Source: Babesia bigemina (taxonomy: Eukaryota). From it: DNA of 64,000 nt. Numbering within the stretch: position 1 is the stretch's first letter; every line of letters starts with the position of its first letter. Positions 10,753-21,000 of the stretch are shown one piece after another. Both the position numbers and the translations under genes were made by a program. The notes under the pieces were generated by a model that made no database searches, was not told where the DNA came from, and was given only the letters and a program-made list of their open reading frames with translations. The stretch is taken from assembly GCF_000981445.1 (NCBI RefSeq), contig NC_027218.1, forward strand, positions 2,170,001-2,234,000. Reading direction: 5' to 3'.

Positions 10753-13700
10753 GGGGAGTTGGAATCTTCTGTGATTTTGGGGGAAACTTTGAGAAACGTG
10801 TTTTCTCGGGTTTATCACAGAAAGGAAATTTTTCCGATGTCACTGGGGGGTGTATTGAAGGCCAAAAGTGCGGAATTAAAGCGGCAACATCGCGAGGCGA
10901 AAGGCGGCCACACAGGCGCGCTGGATAGACGAACAAGGTACCAATGGAGAGCTCACAAGAAGTGCAGCTGAGCAGTCAAATCGATGAGGACGGAGACCTC
11001 ATGGTTATTGACGTGGACGTCCCCGATGGGATGGACATCGATGCTCCGCTTGCCACCGTGGGGCGCCGAGAGTGTCGGCAACCCGAAAGGCGGCATGAAT
11101 CCAGAAAACCGGTACAAAGCGGTGTTCAGGGCCCTAAAGGTAAACCCACAAATTCGAAGGGGGCCGGCCGTGGCGGCGAAAGCCGGCCAATCCCGCAGGC
11201 AAGCCGGAAACGACACCAGCCCGGAACCACTCCGGCTGTGAAGGGCGCTGGAAACAAAGCGCGGAACGGCGGTCCCCAGGGCCAAAAGGGTAACAACCGG
11301 AAGGCCAAAAAGACAGGAAACACGGCTCAAACGCCGCCTGTCGTGGTTTGCAACGCCGGGCCGAGTTCCTCGGAACGCGCACCCGTGTGTGTGCAGACAC
11401 TGTCTACCCTGCAGCCACCGGCAGGGGAGGTTGTCGGAAACGGTGGCTGCCGCTCTCCGACCGTGTATTCCATATCGTCGGATGACTTTATGGACGTGGA
11501 CGAAGAGGAACCTGAGCAAGTCGGGCCTGTGAGAGAATCAAACAACAGTATAGCACCGGGCACCGCCAGTGAGGTGGCGCTCACTGAGACGGCTGCGTTG
11601 CCGAGGGCACCCGAAGGGCACGCCCCGCAGGCTGAACGGGCCGGGAACACGCCACAAATGCCGCCGAACTACGCTAGGCTGAATGCCAAGTTACAGTTCC
11701 TGCACTGTGTCATGCGTCAGATCGATGGACCATGGTGTCATTGGGTACCGGACGTCTACAAGGCAGTAGTGACGAAGTATCAGAGGATGCCACGAGGAGG
11801 ATGGAAAGTCCTCGCGGAATATGCCAACGAGCATTTCGAATTCCACAAGACCCACAAGGAGGTGGAGCAGATGGCAAGACAGGTAGTCGCCAAAGCAGCG
11901 CGGAGCCAACCGACGGACGTTGGAGAAATAGCATCGCTGCACGACGTCGACTCATACAACGCCCTGCAGGAGGATTTCGACCGGATCATGGCACAGAGGT
12001 TGAGGGAGCCTGGTGTGATTAGGACAGTAAAGAACAAAAGACACACCATGGACTCCCTCGACTTCACGGCGATAAGGTCGCTGGATCTAGTGGTCCACAA
12101 CTACGTGAAGCACAACCCAGTCACTGACATGGGGATGCTAGCCGTCTTGTATCAGACGGCACAGGACTGCTACGACAAGTACAGCGCAAAACCATCGTCG
12201 TCCTCGGGAAAGAAGGAGGCAGCTGAGAGGAGGATCAAGGAGCTGGAGGAGATAGGAGCATTACTTCTGAAATACAAGCAGAAGGTCCCCCTGGAGAAGG
12301 AGGATAGGAAACGCGTTTATCGCCAAATGGACAAGTACAACATGATCGCGGACAAGCCGCAGGAACTGTCATACGTGATCAGCAGGACTCAAGAGGAGCT
12401 CCAAAAGGAGCAGGACAAACTCAAGAACGCCAAGTTCAAGAAGGAGTTGTACAACGACAACCGCATGTTCGAGCTCTACACGGGACACTTCTACAGGACA
12501 CTGGAGAACAAGCAGGACGCGGACGAGTCGGCGATAAACGAGGGGATGATGATAGAGTACTGGGCGCAAATGTGGGTGAAGCCAAACGCACCGCACAACG
12601 GTGAAGGATATCTGGTCGAAAGACCACCGGCAGAGAACAAGGCAGGCTTTCCCACATACGAGGAATTCGTCACGATCGTCAAGAAATTGCGAGACTGGAA
12701 GTCGCCCGGTGCGGATGGGATCTACAACTACTACATTAAATGGCTCACGTCCCTTCACAGAGTCATTTACAGGCTAGTAGAGGAGGCATGCCAGCAAGGC
12801 AAAGTGCAGGACGACTGGTTCTACTGTGGGATCACGTACCTACTACCGAAGAACAAGAAACCAAAGTCCGCCGCACAGTACAGGCCTATCACATGCATGT
12901 CCAACCTATACAAGCTAACTACCCGCTGTGCAACGGAGACGCTTAAGCGAGAAGTCGATGGCAGGGGACTACGGTCCGAGAACCAGATGGGCACGAGGAG
13001 CAACGTACAGGGTGCAAAGGAGCACGCGTTAGCGAACATCGCGCTCAACGAGAAGCACAAGGGGAAGTTACTTGCAACGTGGGTCGACGTCATGAAGGCG
13101 TACGACTCAATCGACCACGCGTACCTGGCAAGGGTTATCGACAACCTTAACCTACCAGGGTGGTTATCAAACTTCATCAAGCAGACGATCAAGAGGTGGA
13201 ATATAGAGATACGGTGGAACAAGAACACAATCATGCACAAGAAAGTGGAGAGGGGCATTCTCCAAGGCGACAGCCTATCGCCCCTTCTCTTCGTGCTGTG
13301 CTTGGACCCGCTGAGCAGGCACCTGACTCGCATCTTCCCCAAGGTGGAGTTAAGCGTGACCGGCGGCAGGATATTCGCCACAAACCACTTTCTCTATATT
13401 GACGACCTCAAGTTCTTCGCCCACGAGGAAAGTACGATGAGAGGAATGGGCCGAGAAGTGGAGAAGTTCTTCAACGACATAGGACTCAGGATCAACCGCG
13501 ACAAGTCGGCAACCAACACGGAGGCGTGCGCCAGCATCGCCAAGCAGATGGAAGGCCCGGAAACGTACAAGTACTTGGGAGTCACAGAGACTTCAAACTC
13601 ACTGACAAGCGACGGAATGTTCGACATAATACTACAGGAGATATGCAGGAGAACGGAGCTACTGGCTGCGTCAAAGCTGTCGGGGAAAAACCTCTCGATG

Positions 13701-15069
13701 GCCATCAACCAGTACGCCCTCAGCGTCATAAACTACTACATCGGCGTGATCCCCATGGACATCACGCATTTCGACAAGATCGACCTGGCAGTACGGAGAA
13801 TAATTAACGCGAAGCACGGACACAAGAAGTGGGCGAACACACAGAGGCTCTACCTCCCCCGGAAAGAGATGGGGAGAGGGCTCCACAGCATGGTATTTAG
13901 AGCGGAAGCCATGCTGCTACGACTGTGGTTGACGCTTTCAGCAGACGAGGTGACGTCAACCAGGAGAGCTGCGATCATGCAGCATTTTCGCGACACATAC
14001 GCGCACATATCTCACATCAAGATGCACCTGGAAGGAAGATATGGAATGGAATTCGGAATGGAGGACACTACGGACAAGAGCCTCAGGGACCTCAGGGTGG
14101 CCCAAAACAAATGGCTGTACAACAGAATGCACGTAAAATCAACTCATAAGGTTCTGTATGCCAAGCGTGAGGACCCCAAGCTGGACATTGAGGCGTCGTC
14201 CTTGTACCTGACGTGTGGAATACTCACTCCGGAAGAAGAAGCGAACGTAGCGGAAGTCCAGGATAGGAATCTGCAATGGATGTCTTCGTCCAAGAAATGC
14301 ACAAGATGCAACAACGGCAAGAACGTGGATCACCTCGCGACGAAGTGCCAGAAACTACTACACCTAGAATATACGAAGAGGCACAACGAGGTAGCAAAAC
14401 GGGTCCACTCAGTACTCGGGAGGCAAATAGGACTACCCAAGGAGAAGATAGACGCCCACAAGATCGAGAGTGAAGTACATGGAAAATACGGATGGATCGC
14501 GTACGACAAGACGGTCAAGACTCAGAAGACTAAGGAATACAACAGGCCAGACATCATCCTGGCGGATCGGCGGAGGAACACCATAACCATCGTGGAGATA
14601 GGAATCACCAATCAAGACAACCTAGTGGATACGGAGAAGTTCAAGAAGCAGAAGTATGAAGACCTTATTGAGGACCTCAAGGCGCGACAGTTTAACCAGC
14701 AAACCAAGATCAGGGTTATCCCCTACGTTATGACGTGGGAGGGAATAGTGACGAAAGAACACAGCAAGTATAGACGGGACCTGGGCATATCGGATCGCAT
14801 GGAAGCCCACATACAAAGGGTAGTGATCCAAGAAACACATAAAATAGTGATGAGGGATATGAAGCCGAAAGAAGACTACGATTCCGTAGAAGACCCTCAA
14901 GCCCAAACTGGATGGATGCCCGCATGGATGGCACCAGTGACGTCCGGCAATGGACCGGCGTGGATCCCGCAACCGGTTTCAGCGTGAGGCGTTAGCCCCG
15001 CAAACACGAAAACCGGCCCTAGGCACGTAGCCACATAGCACACTATAAGATGAGATAACTTAATTTAAC
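10753..15069 (+). mobile_element. Apparently full-length non-LTR retrotransposon, RLE type (R4/Dong-like), 4317 bp
   Basis: Bounded by a 7-bp TSD. ~191-nt 5' UTR, single 1347-aa ORF, ~82-nt 3' UTR ending TAACTTAATTTAAC. No LTRs, integrase or gag seen. Confidence 0.93.
10944..14987 (+). CDS. Retrotransposon polyprotein: reverse transcriptase, CCHC zinc knuckle and restriction-like (PD-D/ExK) endonuclease
   Basis: RT motifs KSPGADG, YRPITC, QMG…GAKE, DVMKAYDSIDH, GILQGDSLSPLLF, YIDD (13395-13406), YKYLG and RLYLPRKEMGRGL. CTRC-x7-H-x4-C knuckle, RHNEV, then RPDI…VEIGIT…KKQKY. Confidence 0.95.
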   Translation: MESSQEVQLSSQIDEDGDLMVIDVDVPDGMDIDAPLATVGRRECRQPERRHESRKPVQSGVQGPKGKPTNSKGAGRGGESRPIPQASRKRHQPGTTPAVKGAGNKARNGGPQGQKGNNRKAKKTGNTAQTPPVVVCNAGPSSSERAPVCVQTLSTLQPPAGEVVGNGGCRSPTVYSISSDDFMDVDEEEPEQVGPVRESNNSIAPGTASEVALTETAALPRAPEGHAPQAERAGNTPQMPPNYARLNAKLQFLHCVMRQIDGPWCHWVPDVYKAVVTKYQRMPRGGWKVLAEYANEHFEFHKTHKEVEQMARQVVAKAARSQPTDVGEIASLHDVDSYNALQEDFDRIMAQRLREPGVIRTVKNKRHTMDSLDFTAIRSLDLVVHNYVKHNPVTDMGMLAVLYQTAQDCYDKYSAKPSSSSGKKEAAERRIKELEEIGALLLKYKQKVPLEKEDRKRVYRQMDKYNMIADKPQELSYVISRTQEELQKEQDKLKNAKFKKELYNDNRMFELYTGHFYRTLENKQDADESAINEGMMIEYWAQMWVKPNAPHNGEGYLVERPPAENKAGFPTYEEFVTIVKKLRDWKSPGADGIYNYYIKWLTSLHRVIYRLVEEACQQGKVQDDWFYCGITYLLPKNKKPKSAAQYRPITCMSNLYKLTTRCATETLKREVDGRGLRSENQMGTRSNVQGAKEHALANIALNEKHKGKLLATWVDVMKAYDSIDHAYLARVIDNLNLPGWLSNFIKQTIKRWNIEIRWNKNTIMHKKVERGILQGDSLSPLLFVLCLDPLSRHLTRIFPKVELSVTGGRIFATNHFLYIDDLKFFAHEESTMRGMGREVEKFFNDIGLRINRDKSATNTEACASIAKQMEGPETYKYLGVTETSNSLTSDGMFDIILQEICRRTELLAASKLSGKNLSMAINQYALSVINYYIGVIPMDITHFDKIDLAVRRIINAKHGHKKWANTQRLYLPRKEMGRGLHSMVFRAEAMLLRLWLTLSADEVTSTRRAAIMQHFRDTYAHISHIKMHLEGRYGMEFGMEDTTDKSLRDLRVAQNKWLYNRMHVKSTHKVLYAKREDPKLDIEASSLYLTCGILTPEEEANVAEVQDRNLQWMSSSKKCTRCNNGKNVDHLATKCQKLLHLEYTKRHNEVAKRVHSVLGRQIGLPKEKIDAHKIESEVHGKYGWIAYDKTVKTQKTKEYNRPDIILADRRRNTITIVEIGITNQDNLVDTEKFKKQKYEDLIEDLKARQFNQQTKIRVIPYVMTWEGIVTKEHSKYRRDLGISDRMEAHIQRVVIQETHKIVMRDMKPKEDYDSVEDPQAQTGWMPAWMAPVTSGNGPAWIPQPVSA

Positions 15070-15076
15070 TGGACAG
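15070..15076 (+). repeat. Right target-site duplication TGGACAG
   Basis: Matches 10746-10752. Confidence 0.9.
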
Positions 15077-18000
15077 CAAATTGGGGGAATGGAGTAAGGA
15101 GGCGAGAAATGTGATCCAAGGGGTGGCCGATAAGGCTAAGCAAATATATGATCAGCTGAATATAGATGATGATAAACAGCCGATTACTCAGGGCATCAGC
15201 CAAATTAATGCCACTAAATCAAATATTCTGAAAGTTGATGCGGAGTTACAAAAGGTTAACACCGATTTGCGCAAATGGAGAGTAGCGGCGCAAACTGTGC
15301 TCGAGATAGCGGTGAATCGAGCAGAGCATGTGCACGAGAAGTTGGATCCTACGAAAAATGATGAAAGCCATCTAATTGGTAAAAATATCAAGGATATTGG
15401 TGACGTCAAAAAAGAACTTGACATTGCAAATGAACAGCTTAAAACACAAGTTGAGAGTCTTAACAAGTGGATTCAAGATGCCGAAGATATCCGCGCCGCC
15501 GCTGAAGCAAAGGCCAGGGAAGCGTATGATAAGTTGCAAGTTCATGAAAAACTGAGTGAGAATGTACAGAGGATTGTGGACGCCAGTAAGGCAATTAACG
15601 GAGTTCATATGGCGGTTGATGCAAAACACAAGGAGTTGGGGACGTGGAGAGAGAAGGCCAAGGAAGTGATTGACGGGGCGGTTGAAAAGGCGCAGCATGT
15701 TCATGATGCGTTAAAAGATAATGTTGACAAGAAAATGGGTGAGATTGAGCAGGAGAATAACGCAATCAAAAGTGCATGTGAGAGTCTTGAAAGCGAAGTT
15801 AACCATCTAGGTAACTGGAAAGATGCCGCCAGCAAAGTCATTGACAAGGCCAAAGCCAAGTGTGATGAGATACTCAAGAGGGTTGACATAAATCATAAGG
15901 ATAATGAAGGAGGAAAGAATGGCCCAGTGATATTCAAACAAGCGAAAGAGTTACAAGATAAGGGCACCAAACTTCTACAAGCTGCGCAGGACGCTAAGCG
16001 AAAAGTTGAGGAAAAAGTCAAATCGGCATTGGAGGCTGTGAAAAACATGGACACGGATATCAAGAGGGATTTGAAGGTGGTGAAGGATGAGATTATGAAA
16101 GGGATCAAAGACGTAATTGAGAAGTTGAAGGTTGATAAGCTGGGTGAGAAAGTGAAGCAGGATTTGCAGAAGTTGAGGGAGAGTATTGAGGGGCTTAAGG
16201 GTAGTAATAAGCTCGTTAATGATAAAGTGGAAATGCTTATAGAGGAGCATGATAAGGTGAAGCAGAAGACTCAGGAAATCATGAGTAAGATGCAGCAGGA
16301 GATGCAGAAGACATTTAAGGAGGGTATCAAAAACCCGCTTAACCAGAAAGTCGGTGATGTTGAAAAAGCGATTGAAGCGTTATACAAAACGATAAATCCG
16401 AAAGATGGCGTAACGCGGGATGATAAAAATAAATTTCAACCAATTTTCGAGCACATTAAAAAGGATGTTACGAAGATTAAGGGGAATGGAAATCAAAAAG
16501 GTAATGAGTCAGGTCTGGACGGCATTGTCGCTAAAGTGAAAGGGCTTGCTAACGCATTTCACAAGAATGGAAATGGGTTTGGCGAGAGAGTTGATGGGTG
16601 GATTGGAAGTATTTTGGGGATCAATGAGAATCAACGAAAGACGCAGACGGATGGGATGAAGGCTGTGACGTCTTGGATCAGGGCCTATTATGGTCAAGTT
16701 AGGGATCGTGAAAACGCTTTGAAAGCCGTTAAGGAACAAATTAAGAAGGCACTTGGAGACCAAATTAAAGCGGGTCAAGAAAAATCATCATCACGAGACG
16801 TGAAAGAAAGCGTTGTGGAAAATTTGACGAAAGTCAAGGAGGCTTGCGAAGCATTTGTAGACACGCTGGATAAGAAGCTGACTAATACGGAAATAGAACC
16901 TTTCGTCCAGCAGATAGTAACCAAAATTCAGGGTCCGTCAATGGACCAGAGGGTATCAAATGAAAATGACGATCGTAAAACCACCGTTAGGGCTGCGCTA
17001 ATTGCACTTTGCAGCTGCGTCAGGCAGGTAGCCTCGGAAGTACAGTTCATAGGCATAAACATGTTTGGCAAAAAAATAGACACCATAAAGCAGACTGTTG
17101 ATGAGCTTGATACGAATCTTACCAATGCGACTAAACCCACCGAATCCAGTGATGCAAATCCCGACCATGGCACAGCCAAAGCCGTAGACAATGCGATCGA
17201 GGGGGTGAAGGATATGGTTGAAAACACGATCAAAGAGAAATTTGAGAGCGATGTCAAAACGCCAGTTGAAGAAGCAGCCCAAGGTCTCGAAAAGGCCGTT
17301 AAAACTTTTGACGAAGCAGCGAAGAAGCAAGTCAAGGCTGCGGCCAAGGGGGCGATTGACAAGGCGGCTAACGTGATTAGTGCAGATGCAGGCACACGTA
17401 AAATAAACTTGTCAAAATCCATGTCAAATTTCCACAAAACTCATAATGAGGTCACAAATAAGCTCAGACCGCTGCTTGAAAAATTACTCAATGACCACAT
17501 TGGGAGGGATGAAATTCCATTTGTAGGTAAAGCAGAGAAAGTAGAACTCTCGAAGAATTTTGAGAAATACCTCAAACACATATCTGTTGGCGTGCTGACA
17601 GGTCACCCGCACGGACCACTGGCAGAGGCTATCGACAAGATTGAGGGTGACGGTATGAAGGAGCTTAGTATCATTCATCCAAGACACATTGGCAATGATA
17701 AAATAGATGAACAAACCTTCGACGATCCGTTCAAAGAGATTCAGTCGCAGCTTGAGGATATCACGAAATTGGTTAGTGACACAAGGACAGACATGACTGG
17801 CGAACCAGCTTCATACAGAAACGGCATCAAAAATTATCTCGAAGATCTTAAAAATGCTTTCGGTGATGGAAAGTTGGATGGGGCTGGGGAAAGTTTAGAT
17901 AATATTAAGAAAGCCATTGGACAACTGCAAAGAGAGCCGTTCTCCACTAAACCCGCTGAAATCGGCAAAGCCGTCAAGGAAATTAAGTTGCAGGTTGATG

Positions 18001-21000
18001 AGCTCAAAAAGAAGTTGCTGAATGGTACAGATCCAAAAGGCATTATTGACACTTTGAAAGATTTAAAGGATGCTGGTCTCGAAAGTGGAAAATGGAATCG
18101 TAATGTGGGTATGACTCATATTCATAAGGAACTTGAAGAGCAGAATAAGATATTGCCTAGACAAACCAAAGTAATAGGAGAAGCCATGGATTCCGTAATC
18201 AAAGATATAAACAATGTGCTTAGAGAAGTCGGTATGACGTTGGATCATCACATAATTCCTGATGGTGACGTAATTTTCAGGTTAAAACAAATAGAAGATA
18301 TGATTGGCCGAGGTAAGTATAAATATGAGGGCACTCTGCAAGGAATTCATGATATGATAAGTGGTTTGAGAGCAAAAAATTTTAGTGTGAATCCGGATAA
18401 AATCGGGCGCTCCTTAAAGGCAGTTAAGGCGAGGCTTAAGACGCTCCGAGGTGTGTTGCAAGGAGAGAACGACAAACATGATGGAGTCATAAGCGCTCTT
18501 AATGATTTAAAAACTGACGGCCTTGGCCCTGGTGAGTGGAATAAAGAAAGAAACACAAAAGGTCTCCACGCAATAGAAAATGATCTCAAAATTGAAGAAA
18601 GTAAGTTGAGCTGGCAGCCGACACTATTAAACTCGGGCTTCGAATCAATTACCAATGTGCTCGACGAACTTAGAAAAGAGTTAAAAGATGTGTACGGAAA
18701 TCCTAATAACGACGTGATAAATAATTTGGAAGATTTGTTAAGCTTTGGATTTAATGGTGCTGAGTGGCAACGTAAAAACGTGGGAGGTCTCGTTAAAATT
18801 AAGAATGACCTTCAAAAGCAGAATGCTGAATTGCCAAAAGAAACTGATAAAATTAAGCAAGCCATCGACGCAATAAAAGAAGAGATGCAAAATGTCCTTA
18901 TACGTGTCGGGATGAAGTTGAATCACACACTTATGGACGATGATGTCGTGGACAACCTGGGAGCATTGAAATTGATGATTAGTAGAGGTGGGCGTGGAGG
19001 GCTCCAAGCAATTCAAAAGAAAATCAATGATTTGGTGACAAATGCCTTCAGAACTAATTCCGAAGCCATACAGGGAGCCAAAGATGAAATAACAGAGGAA
19101 CTTAAAAGGCTTCAAAATAATTTGAAGGGTGTAAAAGACAATGACGTCATCGAAACGTTAAAGGATTTGATTGACTTGGGCCTCGGCGCTGGTGAGTGGA
19201 AAAAAGAAAGAAACACAAAAGGTCTCGAGACTATTGAGATGGAGCTTAAGAAACAACAAAGTGAATTATCCTCCCAACCAGGATTAATTGACGTAGGTGT
19301 CGAAAAGATTACCAAGGTGCTTGAGGAGGTAAGAGCCGCGTTGCATGATGACAAAGGAAATCCAAAAAGTGACGTGATAAAAAGACTGGAAGATTTGAGA
19401 GAAAATGGGCTTGGTGATAAGGCAAACACCTGGAATGGTAAAAATGGTCTTAAGAAAATTAGGATCGATCTCAAATCGCATAATGAAAAGTTATCTGAGG
19501 ATGGGGAAGAAATGGAAAAAGCCATGGACACAGTGTTGATGCAGATACAAGGTGTGCTTCGGAATGCTAGAATGAAGTTGGGACATCACATAATCCCACA
19601 CGATGACATCGCGTGGGATTTGCATCGGCTGCAGAGGAAGTTTGGCTTTGATGAAATTAAGGATGAGAACAATCTTCAAGAGGTTCTAAACCAGATTGGA
19701 GAACTTCAGAGCAAAACATTTACTGATACGCAATATACGATTGAAAAAGCAAAGCAGCAGATCGCTAATGAACTTAAAAATCTTATAGGTGTCTTGGACA
19801 CTAATATTAGCAGTACGTTGACGGACTTGATCGGCAACGGGATGGGCAAAGATAAAACATGGCAGAATGATAATAAAGGACTTGGCTTCATTAATGGTGA
19901 GCTTGAACGTCAACAAGGTATATTGAAAAAACAACCCGAAGACATCGAGACCGGCGTTCTAGTAGTTACTAATGAGCTTGACGAACTTCGAAATATTTTG
20001 GATGGGCGGGACAGTAGCACTGCACAGGAACGGGGCGTAATGCGTAATTTGGAGTTTTTGATGAAAGAGATTGGAGACAGTGACCATGCAGGTCTTAAAA
20101 AAATTAGAAAGGCATTGGAGACTCTCAATACCAATACAGTCCCAGTTGTGACCGCCAACCTCCGTAAGCTCTGCGGTGATATTCAAGACGCTGCTGCATA
20201 CGCCGATTGGCACGTAACTCAGCTCGAAGATCCGCACGTCGACGGCAAACTCAAAGGCATAGAAGATGGTATCGACAACCTCCGACTCACCGATCTGGCC
20301 GACGCCATCACCATGTGCGACGAGTTCCTTGATAAAGCCAACGAAATAGAGAAGAACACCATCCATGCCCTTCTGAAGCACGTCGACGGTGAGGTGGGCG
20401 AGGCTATCGAAGGCCTCACCAAGGAGGCCCGCACGCTGTACGTGGACTCGGTAAGAGAGACGCTAGAATTGTTTGCCAAGAAGGTCAACGAGGATTTGGA
20501 TCAGCTGCCAAGTGAGATTAACAGGGATATGTACATGGGCTATAAAGGGTTCATGAATACGATGGAAGGTGAGAACAGCGGTAACATCAACAGGCTTAAG
20601 TGCGTGATAAGCAAAGAACTGAAACTCTTATCCGCCGCATTCGCCGGGTTCTTCGGTGAAGTCAACGAGTACGTCCGCAAAGAGACTGATAGGGTGCATA
20701 GGGAGCGTGATGAGGATAGGAATCCGTCACTACCACCAACCGAAGAGCCATACACGCCTAAGCTCAAAGATGTTTATGACGCGTTGACTGCGCTGCTCGC
20801 CTACCTTAGAGACAATGATAGCGATGCCTACAAACTCACCGAACTGGTTGATAGGCTGACCAAGGCGCTGGGTAATTTGGTACCCGCCGACTTCAAGCAC
20901 CCGTCCACTCCGCTGCTGGACAGTATCGCCAACGGTCTCTCCAAATTCGCCGGTGAGTTTCACAACACGTACATATCCACCTATTCCGGTCAGCGGTGCT

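Noticed and set aside
10944..14987. Telomerase, group II intron, LTR element or bacterial retron/DGR
   Set aside because: A C-terminal CCHC plus PD-ExK nuclease, a TSD and a simple-repeat tail fit a non-LTR element. No LTRs, integrase, protease or telomerase motifs were seen.
10753..15069. RT ORF as host or vector contamination, or a chimeric join
   Set aside because: The exact 7-bp TSD, in-frame restoration of the ves gene and a second diverged copy at 7741 argue for real integration. Read-level confirmation is still needed.
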